A DNA stretch of 64,000 nucleotides from Azolla caroliniana (GCA_043228905.1 JBHGNT010000009.1:10788001-10852000), one strand, 5' to 3'. Shown: positions 26,474 through 40,948, counted from the stretch's first letter. The notes: a model not told the origin generated them from the letters alone. Translations and numbers: made by a program.

Positions 26474-29400
26474 TGTAGAAAGTAACGTGCGGAAGCAAGT
26501 ATGAAGACCGAACAGAAGGAAGGAAACTCAAGTTCAATGGAGAGCTTGAGCTTACACGGTATACGCGGGAGAGACAGAGAGAGTGAGAGAGAAGACACAG
26601 AAAATATATAACAAAAGTACACAAACTCTATTCACCACTCCCTATACATATGTGTGTTCAATGAACACTTTTATACAAGTCCTAGAAGGACTGACCGAAG
26701 TACTGACAGTACTTCAATGCTCACTAAGAGCTCCTACACTAACTCCCAAATATATTCCTCACGGAATATCTTTCCTAACGGCCTCCCGGTTTACGCACCG
26801 ATTCGGCCCTACCTACGCACCGGTCTGCGTACCGGTTTACGCTTTCGGCCTAACCGATCGGTCCCAACCGATCCGGTCCTCGGCTTCTTCAGCCGATCCG
26901 GCCGATGTTGAGCTTGTCTCTCAACACTCCCCCTCAAGCTCAACTTGAGGCTCTTCGGGATCTTCGGGCTCACAGCTCCAGTTCCTCCTGGCTTTACGCC
27001 TCGCTCGCGCTCCTCGACCTGTTCGACTCCGCGCGCTTCGACCCTTCCGGTCGGCTTGTTTGCTCATGTGGCCCTTATCAGCTCTTCTACTGTTGCGGTG
27101 TTGACGCTTCTCCTGTTGCCTTTTCTTCCGCTTGGGCCTCGGTTGATTCAGCGTATCTGAATCAAACATCTGAACCGACTCGCCTACCTCCGATCGGTTT
27201 TCGCTCTCGTCCGAGTTGGTTGTCTCCAACTCGTCTTCGGTCTTCTCGCCCTCGATGGCGTCATCTCCCCCATGCGTGGTTGGCTTCGGCTCTCTCCTTC
27301 GGTTGCTCCCCTTCTGTCCTCTTCCGAACTTTTCCACGGGTTCGCCCTCGGCTTCTTCAGCCGATCCGAAGTCGAACTCGACAACCGAGTCAACCGACTC
27401 GGTGGTGTCGCGGTCTCCGCTCCTTTCTTGTTGCCTTGCTTGGTCGTTCAGGACTGTTCTCCCCCTCAAGTTTGGCACGTCGAGGTGACGCAATCCGAGC
27501 GCACCTGAGAATTGCCGCAACCTGTCCAGACCAAGAGGCTTGGTGAAGATGTCGGCATTCTGCCGATCCGTCGGAACGTACTGAAGTTCGACTTCACCGG
27601 AAAGGACACGCTCACGGACGAAATGGTAGTGCACCTCAATGTGCTTGGTCCGTGTGTGGAAGACGGGGTTCTTCACGAGTTGGATGCTGCTGAGGTTGTC
27701 GCAGTAGATCGTCGTTGGATCGGACACCTCCTCTTGCAGGTCCTTAAGTAGCCGCTTCAACCATATGGTTTCGCATGTCGCGACAGCCGCTCCTCGGTAC
27801 TCAGCTTTGGTGCTCGACAGTGCAACTGTCGGCTGCTTCTTACAGCTCCACGCGATCGCGGCACTCCCGAGGGAAAATGCGTATCCAGTCGTGGATCGGC
27901 GATCGGCGGCATTGCCAGCCCAACCAGCATCAGTGTAGCCGACTAACTGCTCGGCTACACCGGTCCGATATAGCAGTCCACGGTCCTTAGTGTCGTTGAC
28001 ATATCGAAGTATGCGTTGCGCACACTGAAGGTGCTCCTCGGTAGGTCACGCCATGAACTGACTGATCACTCCGACCGGATAACAGAGGTCGGGTCGGGTG
28101 ATGGTCAAGTATATGAGGCTTCCGACAATTTGTCGAAACCTTGTCGGGTCGTATACCTTTCCCGTATCGGGACGAAGCTTGACGGTTCTGTCTAGAGGAG
28201 TCGAGACGGACTTACAGTCGGCCATCCCGAGTTTGAAGAGCATACCCAGCACGTAATGACGTTGGCTGATCAATATGCCTTCGGGGGTACGGATCACTTT
28301 GATCCCGAGGAAGTAATGAAGGTCCCCCAGATCCTTCATGTCGAACGATGCCGAAGGCTGAAGCTTCACGCGGTCGATTTCACCGAGGTCGGCACCGGTG
28401 ATGACCAAGTCATCAACATATAGTAAAATACTAACCGGTCTGAGTCGACCTTTCCGGATGAACAGGGAAGAGTCCGATTTTGACGTGACGAAGCCCATCC
28501 GACGCAGTTGTTGTGTGATCTTCGCGTTCCAGGCACGCGGGGCTTGCTTCAGTCCGTAAAGGGACTTCTTCAGTCGGCATACTGCCGAGGAGTTCGTTCC
28601 GGAGTGAAATCCCGGGGGCTGTTCCTCAAGGTCACCTTGCAGGAACGCATTCTTTACATCCATCTGATGTAAGTGCCACCCCTTCACCGCAGCTACTACG
28701 AGCAAAACATGGACGATCGTCATTTTCGTGACCAGCGCAAATGTCTCATCGTAGTCGATGCCGTGTTTCTACGCGTAGCCCTTTGCCACTAGCTGAGCCT
28801 TGTACCGGTTGACCGAGCCATCGGTGTTGTACTTGACCTTGTACACCCACCTACACCCGATCGTTTTACCCCTCTGGGTGCGTCAACCAGGTCCCAGGTC
28901 TCGTTCTCCGCCAATGCGTGCATCTCTTCCTCCATCGCGGCACGCCAATTCGCGTCTTTAGCCGCTTCTGCGTAGCTCTCTGGCTCACGCACTTCCGCTA
29001 CACGGGTCATGTACGCATAATGATGCGCCATGTACTCGTATCCGAACCGCAAAACAGGATTCTTCTAGCGGGTAGATCGGCGTAATCTCACATTAGCCGA
29101 TGTCGAGGCCTTCTTGGTCGACGCGGACTTCACTTTTAAAGACCCGTCACCGGTTCCCTCGGAGTCGGACACGCGTCGGTCTGACTCGTTCCTATTCGTG
29201 CCAGAATCCGACACCTTCTTCTTCCCTTTCTCTTTGCGTGTAAGCCGTCTCCTCGGTTTCCTGCGCGGGGAATGCACGGCCAAGTCTCCACTACTCGCCG
29301 GCTCTTCATCGGACTGGTCGTACCAACTCAGTCGTCCAATCGGTCCACTTAACCGGAGTGAAATCGGACTCTCTTCGTGGGTCTCGATTTCGGGCTCATC

Positions 29401-32251
29401 TAAAGGCATCTCGGCCTCGCTGACCTCATCGTCGGAGCTCGAATTGGGGGCAGGGTTCGAAGTCAGGGGCAGGTACCAGGACGCGGACTCGTCAAACACA
29501 ACGTCGCGGCTGACACGCGCTTGTTTGGTGCAAGGGTTATAGCACTTATAACCCTTCTACTCGTCCGAGTAACCGACCAAGATGCATTTCTCGGCCTTTG
29601 CGTCCAGCTTCCTCCTTTTCTCCTTCTGTACATGCACATACGCAATGCTACCGAACACCCTCAAGTGTCGCAAGTTCGGCTTCGTTCCGAAATACAACTC
29701 GTGCGCCGACACTTTGTCTCCGATCCAGTTCTAGATGTATACCGCGGTCCTTACCGCCTCGGCCCAGTAGAACTTGGGCAAGCTCTTTTCCTCCAACATT
29801 GCCCGTGCCGCTTCCACAACTGACCGATTCTTCCTCTCGGCCACGCCGTTCTGCTCTGGCGTGTATCTACAACTGAATTCGCGCCGAATTCCCATTTGTT
29901 GTAGATAACCGTTGAATTGACCAGAAAAGTACTCTTTCCCGCCATCCGACTGCAGGCACTTGATCTTCCGTCTCGTTTCCGTTTCCACGAACCCTTTGAG
30001 GTCCCAGAAACAGTCGAAGACTTCGCTCTTCCTCTCAATGAGGTAGATCCACGTGTGCCGCGTGTGGTCGTCGATGAAGGAGACGAAATATCGGCTCCCG
30101 CCAAGACTAACGTTTTGTGTCGGGCCCCATACATCGGAGTGTATAAGGTCGAGCTTGTTCCGGCTCTGGTTTCGCTCGTTTGGGAAAGGAAGTCGGTGTT
30201 GCTTCCCGAGCTGACAGGCTTCACAAATTTGTGCCTTTCGGCCACTAAATTTGGGCAATCCGAACACTACCTGTTTCGATTGCAGATCTTGAAGCCGCTG
30301 GTGGTTGACGTGGCCTATCCGCTTGTGCCACAAGTCGATGTCCGACTCAGATTTTTGTCCCTTCGCGAACATTGCGGTGCCGCCGTCAGTGGAGTCGAGG
30401 ATGAACATCCTCCCGTCTCTGCACCCTTGCGCAATCACACGGCCTTCTTCCTCAATGAAGCACCCGAGGTGTGTAAACCAAACCTCCATCCCTTGGTCGA
30501 CGATCTATCCGACCGAGACCAAGTTCTTCGTGATTGTCGGAACATGCAGCACGTTCATGAGTTTCCCTTTCTGCCCGACATGGCTAAGGGGAACTTCTCC
30601 GACATTCGCAATCGGATGCGGAGTGTCGTCTCCAGTTGCGACTACTCCAGGTTGTATCGGTTTTTCAAGGTACGAGAACCACTCCTTATGGCTCGTCATG
30701 TGGTTTGACGCGCCGGAGTCTACGTACCACACCTCGTCCGATCTCGGGGTGCTCTGTTTCATTGAGTTTGTTTCGTGTCTCGTCACGAAGACAGACCCTT
30801 CTCCGGCTCTTCCGGAGTCTTTGGCGTAGTGCGATCGTTGCCGATTTCCCTTGTCAGTATGTCCGGAGCCGTTTCCGGAACCGGTTCTCTCCGAATCGAC
30901 GCGCTTCTTCCAGCACTCACTTTCCCTCTGGCCTTTCTTGCCACAGTACCAGCACTCCGCGATGGCTTTCCCTTGCCGGTTCTCATCGCTTCGACTCCCC
31001 CTGTTTCCGGAGAGTCCGGAGTTGCTGTCGGCATCACTTCGGTGCCTTCTTCCTCGATCTCGTCGGCCGCCTCCATTGCGCCCCGACTCGCCTCGTCCTC
31101 CACGGCCACGGGGCCTATCTCTCTCCGTGTACAGCATTCTGCTATCGGCGTGCGTGCTTGTAGACGCACCCGCATGGTTCTCCTCTACCAGGAGCATTGA
31201 CTGTAAGTCTAAAAAGGACGGCGTATTCTCCTGGGTACACACAGCCGTTCGGAACGCTCCGAACTTCGACGCCAAACCTTCGAGACAGATTTGGACCATC
31301 TCGCTCTCCTCGATGTTCACCTCTATGGAGGCGAGGGAGTCGCAGATATCCTTGATCTTCGAGGTATAGTCCGCCACCGATAAGTCGCATTGTCGTAGGT
31401 TGCTCAACTCCTGTCGGAGCTGTAGCTTCTTGGCTGTGGTGCTCGCGACAAAAATCTTCTTCAGATTTTCCCACGCACCCTTCGGCGTCTTTGCATCCCG
31501 AACATAGCTCAATAGTTGTTCGCCCACACACGACGCGAAGCAGTATAATACCCTGCTCGCCGATTGCTCCCACAACGGGAAGTCTCTGTGTGTCGATTCG
31601 GGTGCCGCGTCATTAGCTCCTTCGACATAACTCCAGTAGTCGTGCCCGAGCAGGTACTGGTGCATCTTGTAGGACCAAGACGCGTAGTTGGTTCTGTCGA
31701 GCTTCTCTGTTGGAAGCAAGCTCGCCATGCCTCTATCCATCGTTCTTCTCGTTCTTCTTCGTCAAGCTGTGTCGGCTGCAGAGAGGTTCTCAACCCTCGC
31801 GCTCTGATACCATGTAGAAAGTAACATGCGGAAGCAAGTATGAAGACCGAACAGAAGGAAGGAAACTCAAGTTCAATGGAGAGCTTGAGCTTACACGGTA
31901 TACGCGGGAGAGACAGAGAGAGTGAGAGAGAAGACACAGAAAATATATAACAAAAGTACACAAACTCTATTCACCACTCCCTATACATGTGTGTTCAATG
32001 AACACTTTTATACAAGTCCTAGAAGGACTGACCAAAGTACTGACAGTACTTCAATGCTCACTAAGAGCTCCTACACTAACTCCCAAATATATTCCTCACG
32101 GAATATCTTTCCTAACGGCCTCCCGGTTTACGCACCGATCCGGCCCTACCTACGCACCGGTTTACGCTTTCGGCCTAACCGATCGGTCCCAACCGATCCG
32201 GTCCTCGGCTTCTTCAGCCAATCCGTCCGATGTTGAGCTTGTCTCTCAACA
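26474..32251 (-). mobile_element. Copia-D, full-length LTR retrotransposon with disrupted gag-pol
   Basis: LTRs 26474-26926 and 31813-32251; perfect TSD AGTAC; PBS 31801-31812; PPT GAGGGGGAG. gag-PR 30505-31740, IN 29731-30489, RT 28046-28723, RH plus extension 26921-27760. Confidence 0.95.
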
Positions 32252-33289
32252 AGTACAACATTGCAACCAATGGTCTAAAATGAATAAAAATCAATGGACC
32301 TTGAGGAAGCAACTTGACCATTAAATCTCACACCATAATAGGGCCTATGGTTTTTACATCATTACATTATAAAGTAGAGGCAATTGCTATGTTCATTGGA
32401 GCCCTTCTGCTATCTAAATGATACACAAAATATATATGTTGTGGGAGAGACTTGTATAATTGTGGGGGGAAGATCCTACCCAATATTGCATCAACTTGTC
32501 TTGCTCAATCATAAATTTTGTACCAAGTCTTATTCTATTTCTTATGTAAATTCTAGTAATTTGTATAACCTAAATCTTTTCTTGGAACTGCTATATTTCT
32601 AATTAGTAATAACATTGATGATGCTATATGTTTGCATCATTGCACTACTACAAGGGATAATCTTCCAAGTTGAAGGATCACATATGTCATCACACAACAT
32701 CTTTATCCACTGACACATTCCCCATTTATTGCCCTCCCCCTTGAGTTCCCAACCCTTGACTTGGTAGACTATGGTTGAGGGGATGTTAAGTATTCATTAG
32801 ATGTTATAATCGTGCACCTTCCTAATTGCATTGCTACAAGCTTGAGGTTAGAGAGTAATAACTAGCAATGTTGGAAACCAACCTGTAAAGAAATTGTTCC
32901 TAATACAAGTATGAAATGTCCTTAGAGCTAAATTTCTTTTGTAAGAGAAGCATAAGTCAGCTTTTTACTCTTCTCTAGTGACGTCTTAATGCTTTACTCT
33001 AGTGTAGATAGAGCTTCTCTCTCAATCATGTTTGAAGTGCTTATGTCTTAAACCTAGATTAATTTTGTATCAATTGACCTAAATTTAATCAATTGAAATT
33101 GTTCATCCCTTCCTCTTTAAGGTTTTTATCATGTTTCTTGTTACTGAGTGTAGCACTTTCTTAAACAACTGAACTTGGTGTGATAATGTGAGGGAGAATT
33201 TGTCAAAGAACCAAAGAGATCATGAGAAATTTGGCAACATTTGACAACCTTCCCCACCTATTTTTCCAAACAAAAGCGTAGAAGATGAT

Positions 33290-33463
33290 TAGATCTTGAA
33301 GACAACCTTGGAAGGAGAAATGACTCCATTCAAGTCGATAAGTATCAAGTCCAATGACAAACAGACACCGTAACAAGGCAGACATAATGCATTTATCTAG
33401 AGCCGAATACATCCCCAAACTCTCCTTTTTGGACCACCAATTCTGCGAGCACTACCAATACAA
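33290..33463 (+). pseudogene. Copia GAG-pre-integrase fragment (Copia-H-like)
   Basis: HLSRAEYIPKLSFLDHQFCEHYQY resembles QLSKASYIPQLFYFGHQFCEHCQY at about 52800. Confidence 0.6.
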
Positions 33464-33806
33464 TGTCGTGATGGATTCTGACTACGAGGAGAAAAAGGGG
33501 TCGGATGCGCGTGAACGGGTGTGTGCACGGATGTGCATAAACTTAAGACTTTATGTACATACATATGTACATAACATAGGACTAGAGAGTACTAGGGGGG
33601 GAGTAGGATTAAATGAGGACTTTAAGTTCCACACATATAGAGAGGATACGGGGATCTGATGGAGTAAATCGAGGGAAATCTCTGCTCGAAAATGGATGAC
33701 TTTATGGTGATGTAACGACCTCCCCTTTGCTCTATAAAAAGGGGAGGTTGGAGATTGTTTGGGGGATCCATGATTTGGGAGGACGAAGTGTTGTCGGTTT
33801 GAGTGC

Positions 33807-33844
<38 letters not shown>

Positions 33845-35533
33845 ATGTGTGTTTCGTGCTAATCTGAGGAAGAAGGTGAAGCCTCTGCTCACATAGGAAG
33901 CTCGTGAGTTCCCAACCAGAGGTTCATCGTTCTGTGGGTGTTCATGGTGGTCATAGTTCGGAGCACCATTGTCGGTTGAGTCCGATTGTAATTTCTTCTT
34001 CTCTGTTAATCGTTAGTAGTTTGCCGAGTCTTTCCTTATGTACGAGCATTACCATGTTGTTGCTTCTTGTTTCTGTTCCATGCGCGTCCATGTCTATGTG
34101 CCTGTGGGCTTATCGTTGTTGTCCGGCATACTGCCTAGAGTAGTTTGCTCCTTCCATCCCATGCGCTAACCAGCCGATATCTGGGAATCGTTGTCGTGTG
34201 GTTTTCACACACGATATGAAAACTAGTAAAATAATTATTTGAGATTAGCTTAATATATTGATATGGAAAGATAGATGTGTTCAAGAGCTTCATAGCGTAT
34301 TTTACTACGCATAAAACGGATAAACAAGTATCAAGTTATATGAGTGTGAAGTTTGAAGAAAAGAAAAGAAAAGACAAAACTGTGAGATATCCCACATAGA
34401 TAGGACAACATTAGAACCCAGTATATATAAGGGAAACCAAAACATATTCATTCTATCAATGTGTGGAGCACAGAATGTTCAAGGTGACTTGGGCTTCACT
34501 GTGTGGTGTGCATGGCCGCGGCCGCATGGACGTTTTCGGACGTACGGGCGCATGGACGTCTTCGGATGTACGCGTGTGTGCAAGTTTCGGGTACAAGTGG
34601 ACGTTTCAGACGGGCGCGCACATGTGTGGATGCGTACACTACGGCGAAGTCGAGACTTTTGCGCACGGATGCGTACACGGTGTGGGTTGGACGCGCGCAC
34701 ACGTGGATGCGTACACTACGCGGTCGGGACTTTTGCGCGCGGACGTGTCTATGGTTTGGTTGCAACGCACGTACAGATTGCGCACGGGCTAAACTTTATG
34801 GATGATTGTGTCATTTGGCCGAATTATACAGACAGTCGCATGCAAGCAAAAGCCAAGGCCATGCAACTAAAAGTAAAAGGCATGCATCTAAAAATGGAAG
34901 CATGCAACTAAAAGCAGAGGCCATGCAACTAAAAATAGAGGCCATCCAACTAAAAGTGGGCATGCAAAGTAACATTGGGGAGGAGGATCAACAAGGAGCT
35001 CGATATATGTCCCATTTTTTCCCTCCTAGTTTTTTTTTCCTTTTTTCTTCTTCCCTCTTGGATTCGAGAAACAAATTATCTCACATATTGATACCAAACT
35101 CCTAGCTTTGTTTACTTGATCTTTCTTGTCAAAAATTATCTCTCATATTCATATTAGACCACTCCTTGCATGGTTGTTGGCTCCTTTCTTTAAAAAATTA
35201 ATCTCTCATTTCCATACCCAACCCATTGTAACACGATTCTGAAATTATAAAGAATCGATTTTCTTTTGCAATAAACTAATGATTTATCTCTCCCACTTGT
35301 CTTATGCTTAAAACTTGCTTGTGTTGTACATGTTGCTCTAAATCCTTCTAGTCCAGAACCCCGACGGTTCCGTCTCACGATCCGCACATAGTGACGGATT
35401 TTCACGACATCGTTCCAGATCCAGCACGCGTCTAGAAACCGATCTAGCAAAGCCATTCGAACTCTGACCCAGTCCTTCCTACTCCCACCGGCTCCTTGGT
35501 TCGAGAGCCCCGTGGTCCTGCCCCATTTTGACA
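33464..35533 (+). mobile_element. Solo LTR (TGTCGTG...TTTTGACA) split by a second solo LTR
   Basis: TG/CA ends; TATAAAAA at about 33733 followed by (TC)n; sequence resumes after the inner insertion; flanks do not match. Confidence 0.55.
34192..35409. mobile_element. Inner solo LTR, about 1.2 kb, with internal tandem repeats
   Basis: Terminal inverted repeat TGTCGTG/CACGACA; TCGT on both sides. GGATGCGTACAC repeats 34520-34790 and ATGCAACTAAAA 21-bp repeats 34840-34970. Confidence 0.6.
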
Positions 35534-38103
35534 CATCCCTAAAGAACCCCGTAAAAAGATATGGGTACAACAAATACATGGTGCACCATTATGCGTGCAT
35601 GACACGAGTGGCGGAAATGCGTGAGCCAGAGAGCTACGCAGAAGCGACGGAAGACGCAAACTGGCATGTCGCAATGGAGGAAGAGATGTGCACATTATCG
35701 AACAGCGAGACTTGGGACCTAGTTGACGCACTTAAAGGTGTTAAGCCAATCGGATGCAAATGGGTGTTTAAGGTGAAATACAACATTGACGGCTCAGTCA
35801 ACCAATATAAGGCCCGTTTGGTTGTGAAAGGCTACACGCAAAAGCACATCGTAGATTACAACGAGACGTTTGCGTCAGTCGTGAAGATGACCACGGTGCA
35901 TGTTCTGCTAGCCGTAGCAACAGTGAAGGGGTGGCATCGACATCAAATGGATGTAAAGAATGCGTTCCTGCAAGGTGATCTTGAGGAACAGGTGTACATG
36001 GTACAACCCCCCGGATTTCTATCCGATTAGAACACTTTAGTCATTTGCCGATTGAAGAAGGTGTTATACGGACTTAAACAAGCCCCGCGAGCTTGGAACG
36101 CGAAGAATACGCAACAGTTGCGTAGAATGGGGTTTACGACGTCTAGATCTGACTCTTCGTTGTTCATTCGGCAAGGTCGACATGGACCGGTTTGTCTTTT
36201 ACTTTATGTTGATGATTTAGTCATTATCGGTGCCGACCTGGAAGAAATCGGCCACGTCAAGTCTCAGCTCACGGCATCTTTTGAAATGAAGGATCTTGGA
36301 AACCTTCATTACTTCCTCGAGATCAAAGTGATCCATTCCCCCGAAGGCATATTGATCAGCCAACGTCATTACATGCTAAACATTCTCTTTAAGTTCGGGA
36401 TGGCAAATTGTAAGCCCATCTGGACCCCTCTGGATAGAAACGTAAAGCTTCGCCGAGATTCGAGAAAGGCATGCGACCCGACACATTTCCAACAGATTGT
36501 CGGAAGCCTAATCTACTTGACGATCACTCGGCCAGATCTCAATTACCCGATCAGCTTGATTAGTCAATTTATGTCGCAACCCACGGCCGAACACTTTCAG
36601 TGCGCGCAAAGGATATTGCGATATGTCAGCGGCATTAAGGACATGGCGTTGCTATATCGGGCAGGCATTGCCAAACAGTTAGTTGGCTACACAGATGTCG
36701 ATTGGGCCGGAAATGCCCACGATCGTAGATACACATTCTCATTGGGAGGTGCGGCGATCGCATGGAGCAATAAGAAGCAGTCAACAGTGGCATTGTCGAG
36801 CACGAAGGACGAATATCGAGGGGCGACTGTCGCTACGTGCGAAGTCATTTGACTTAAACGGTTATTACGGGATCTGCATGTGGAGGTGTCCGACCCGACG
36901 ATGATCTATTGCGACAACCTCAACAGTATCCACCTTGCAAAAAATCATGTATTCCACGCCCGGACCAAGCACATTGAGGTGCACTACCATTTTTTCCACG
37001 AGCGTGTCCTCTTTGGTGAAGTCAAACTAGCGTATGTTCCCACGGGTCAGCAGGTTGCCGACATCTTCACCAAGCCCCTTGGTCTCGACAAGTTGCGGCA
37101 TTTCTTGGGTGAGTTGGGTTTGCGTCACCTTGACACGCCGAACTTGAGGGGGAGACTAGAACAGGAGCATGAAAAGAGCGGTAGTGACCACGATGCCGAA
37201 TTGGGTGAAGAATTGGATTTCGGGCTAGCTGAAGAAGTTGAAGAAGAAAATAGGGGCCGTAATCCCAAGGAAGAGCCGAAGACAGCTGAACAAAGGGGAA
37301 ATACAACCAAGAAGGGAGTAAAGGCCAAGACCAAGACGTGGTCTGATGTTGTCAAGGGCCTAAAAACAGAAGATGAATTGGAGACAACCAATTCGGGTGA
37401 AAGTGGAATTGAATTGGTAGTGACCGATTCAATCGAAATGTTCGATTCGGACATTACGAATCGACTGAGGGCCAAGCGGAGGAAAGGACGACGAAAGAGG
37501 CGCCAACACCGCGACAGCAAGGGAGCTGAGAAGGGCCACATGAGCAGACAAGCCGGTCGGAAGGGTCGAAGCACGCGAAATCGAACGGGTCGAGGAGTGC
37601 GAGCGAGGCGTAAAGCCAGGAGAAGTCGGAGCGAAGATCCAGAAGAGAGGATGGAACCCCAAGTTGAGCTTGAGGGGGAGTGTTGAGAGACAAGCTCAAC
37701 ATTGGGTGCATAAATGGGTGCGTAACCCAATGCATAGACTTGGTGCGTAAAACCGTATGCACAATTTAGTCGTGGCGGTGTGTAAACCGAAAGGCCATTA
37801 GAATGTTATTCCTCGTAAGGAATAATTTTGGGAGTAAGTGTAGGATGCTCATTTATGAGCGGTCTAAGTACTGTAAGTACTTGTGTCAGCCCAATAGTCA
37901 AGGCTTGTATAAAAGGTGCTCACTGAGCACGAAGTATGTACAGAGAACATATAGATAATTATTTTTTAATATAATTTCATTTTCTGCTCTCTCTGTCTCT
38001 CCCTCTCCTTCTCTGTGATTTTTGCGTTTTACCGAACTGTCGTACTTCCGAACCGTGTACTCTGTGTCTTTCGCATACGCTTCCACACACATATTCTTTT
38101 ACA
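35534..38103 (+). mobile_element. Copia-E, 5'-truncated (RT-RH plus 3' LTR), related to Copia-D
   Basis: RT/RH ORFs 35512-36030, 36052-36852, 36880-37686. PPT, then LTR 37681-38103 beginning TGTTGAGAGACAAGCTCAACA as in Copia-D. Confidence 0.9.
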
Positions 38104-38334
38104 TGCTCATATCCACAGTCACATAAATCGGCTTTCCTTCAATATACTCGGCCTTTCTTAGCGTTGGAGCTTTTAGACAGATTGAGAGCGAGATTTTGAA
38201 CCCTTGACTTCAATTTTTGAGGGACAAGATATATCACCAAAAGGATAACTAGATTTTTTTTTAATTATTTTCTTGATTCAGTACATAGCTTGTTTGATCA
38301 ATTGATTGATCCCTCTTTTCTTTTTCCCCCAGGT

Positions 38335-39841
38335 ATACTCTTCATTTGCAAGATTTGCATTCGCTTGCTTGTAAATGAAGAAGCTCTTCTTCACTTGTAG
38401 CCACGGCTAAGGGCCCTTCTCCTCAAAAATCTTTTTGGGTTCGACATATTTTGAAGCACCTCTGTCTTTCTTAAGAAATTGACTGTCCTTTTGAAAATGT
38501 CCAGGCTTTCCGCAATAAAAGCATGTGAGATTTCCTCTGGACTTGGATCTAGCCTGAGACTTGTCTCTCCTCGTGGACTTCTCTACTTGCTTCTTCCTCT
38601 GCCCGAATGTTGTGACACATTTGCCTCTAACTGGGATAGGACACCCTTGTCCTTCCTTCTTGTCTCCTCGTTTAGTATACTTGTCTTTACTACTTGCAAA
38701 GACAAGTTTTCTTCTTGGCACAAGGTACTAAGAGACACCAGCAGGTTCTCCCAACTGTCCGGCAAGGTACATAGTAGTAACAAAACCTACATAGTATCAT
38801 CCAATGGGAACTTTGTTGCTACAAGTTGATTCACCAACCCAATGAAGGTGTTTATGTGTACCACAATGCTTTCTCCATCTCTATACTTCAACCTCACAAT
38901 CTGTCTCATCAGAGAGGCTTTGTTGAGGGCATTCTTCCTTTCATACAACCTTGATAGTTTGTGCCACATTTCGTAGGTGTTTGTGTCTTTAGCCACGTGT
39001 TGTAGGACACTCACGTCTACACACTATCTAATGGTGACCACCGCCTTCTTGTTTAGGAGTTTCCAATCAGACTCCAATACCCCTGTGAGTATTTCACTTC
39101 TATCTATGGGGTCGTACAGATCTTTGACTATCAAAAGATCCTCCATCTTGATCTTCTAGTCAGAGTAGTTGTGTGAGTTCAGGACTATCATACCTAGGAA
39201 GCCGCTCACACCTCCTTCCATTCTTGCACCTCAAGATCTAACACCAGTTTGATGAAATATGGACCATAGATCGACAAGAAAGATAGACAGGAAATATGCA
39301 AAACCGAAAAATAGCAAAATACACAGAGAGTACGCAGGTTTTACATGGAAACCCTAAATAGAGGAAAACCACGAGCAATAGATCTTCCACTATGAACAAA
39401 AGTACAGGAAGGAAAAACATATTACAAATCTCTGCAAATCAGAGAATGTCCACTTAGGGTTTTGGCAAGTTCCACTAAATTGTGCTACCACACACGCTCT
39501 CTCATGTCTCTTCCTACTCTCTGTTACACACACTATGCTATCTACAACAGAAGCTTTGTATCACTTATTGCAAATAAGTTGCCCTAGCTATTCCTATTTA
39601 TAGGAGGTATATGTTATTATTATTATAATAATTAATCGACCCGACTTGTCGGCCTTGTCTTCGACTTGGAGCATCCATGCAATGTAATCGACTCTCCATC
39701 TCCTTCAAACCAATCGACCACCCAATCGACTCGTTGGTCAATCCGATCGACCATCCTATATTTGGTTTGTCGATTCGACTGCTGACTTCTTCCTTGACTT
39801 TGACTATCGACTTCTCCCATAGAAGGGACAAATTCCTAACA
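38335..39841 (-). mobile_element. Copia-F, 3'-truncated (5' LTR plus gag)
   Basis: LTR 39250-39841; degenerate PBS 39235-39246; gag MEGGVSGF..., LLCTLPDSWENL, CFYCGKPGH. Confidence 0.85.
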
Positions 39842-40948
39842 CTTCTTTGGTTGCAAATCTTACAGAATAGAAGTTACATGTGGAGGTGGATTGCATACTG
39901 TGGGAGGTCATCCAAATCAGGCTGACTTGCATCATCAATTACAGGCTCGTTTGCAAGGTGATTTGGCACAAATTCTCGACATCCTATTTCTCAGCGGTCA
40001 TTCAGGTAGTTATATGAGACAACTTCAAAGGGAAGATGGGTCTACTACAAAGGATACTAATGAAATGAGAAACATTACTACGAAAATTTATAAAAAGAAA
40101 AGCCTAGCAATTTTCGGTTCAACGGCTCCAAAAAAGAAAAGTAGTTTTGGACTATTTGGAACATAAGGTTCCTAGTAATAATTGGGTAGTTAACTATTGG
40201 TTAATTATATAACTAATTATGTAAGTAGTTAACGATGTGTGTGATTAAGCACCGGAAGACTATGTGATTGTATGCGTATGTGACTGAGACAGAGAGAGAG
40301 GAAGTTATACTTATGAACAATTACACAGTACGGGATGATTAACACATGTATATCTTATAGACCTTTTTCTATATTAATAAGCATCAAGTTAAAAAAATAC
40401 CCATAATGAGGTATATATACATCTCATGTGCAAAGGTGCACATGTGTGAGGAGAATATAGGTACAAGAATGTAAGTCCTATATTAAATGAACTTGGAAGT
40501 GGGGGACCTAGAATGTATCCCACTTAAGTACGAGTACAAAATCCTATTTAAGACTTTATAGTGAACACCTTAACTAGATCCTATCTATGTAACTACTAAG
40601 TTATGTGGTTGATTAAACCTAGATAAGGTTGATGTCTCAACAGTCTCAAATGAGATGGTTGCATCATTGGTGAAGGGAACCTCTTTTGCAGAGGAAAGAG
40701 CTGCATTGTTGGATGTTGGGAAGAATGTGTCAGAACCAAGGATAAAAGATAGAGTGATGGAAGAAGGATATTAGAGAACACAAGAAGAAAGGAACCAAAT
40801 ACTAAGAGAAGAATGGATGTATAAGATAGAGAAAGAAAGAGAATGGATACAAGATATGTAATGAGAGCTAAAGACTGGTGTTGATTCGAATTGATTTGAG
40901 AATACATGTATCCCCTTATTTATAGGTTCCTATAGAATAGCTTAGAGA

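Noticed and set aside
26905-27546. Antisense ORF conserved between Copia-D and Copia-E
   Set aside because: Similarity follows from nucleotide homology; the long antisense frames differ between the two copies while the sense frame is open in both
34459-34911. Overlapping ORFs in several frames
   Set aside because: GC-rich tandem repeats inside a solo LTR; no recognisable domain
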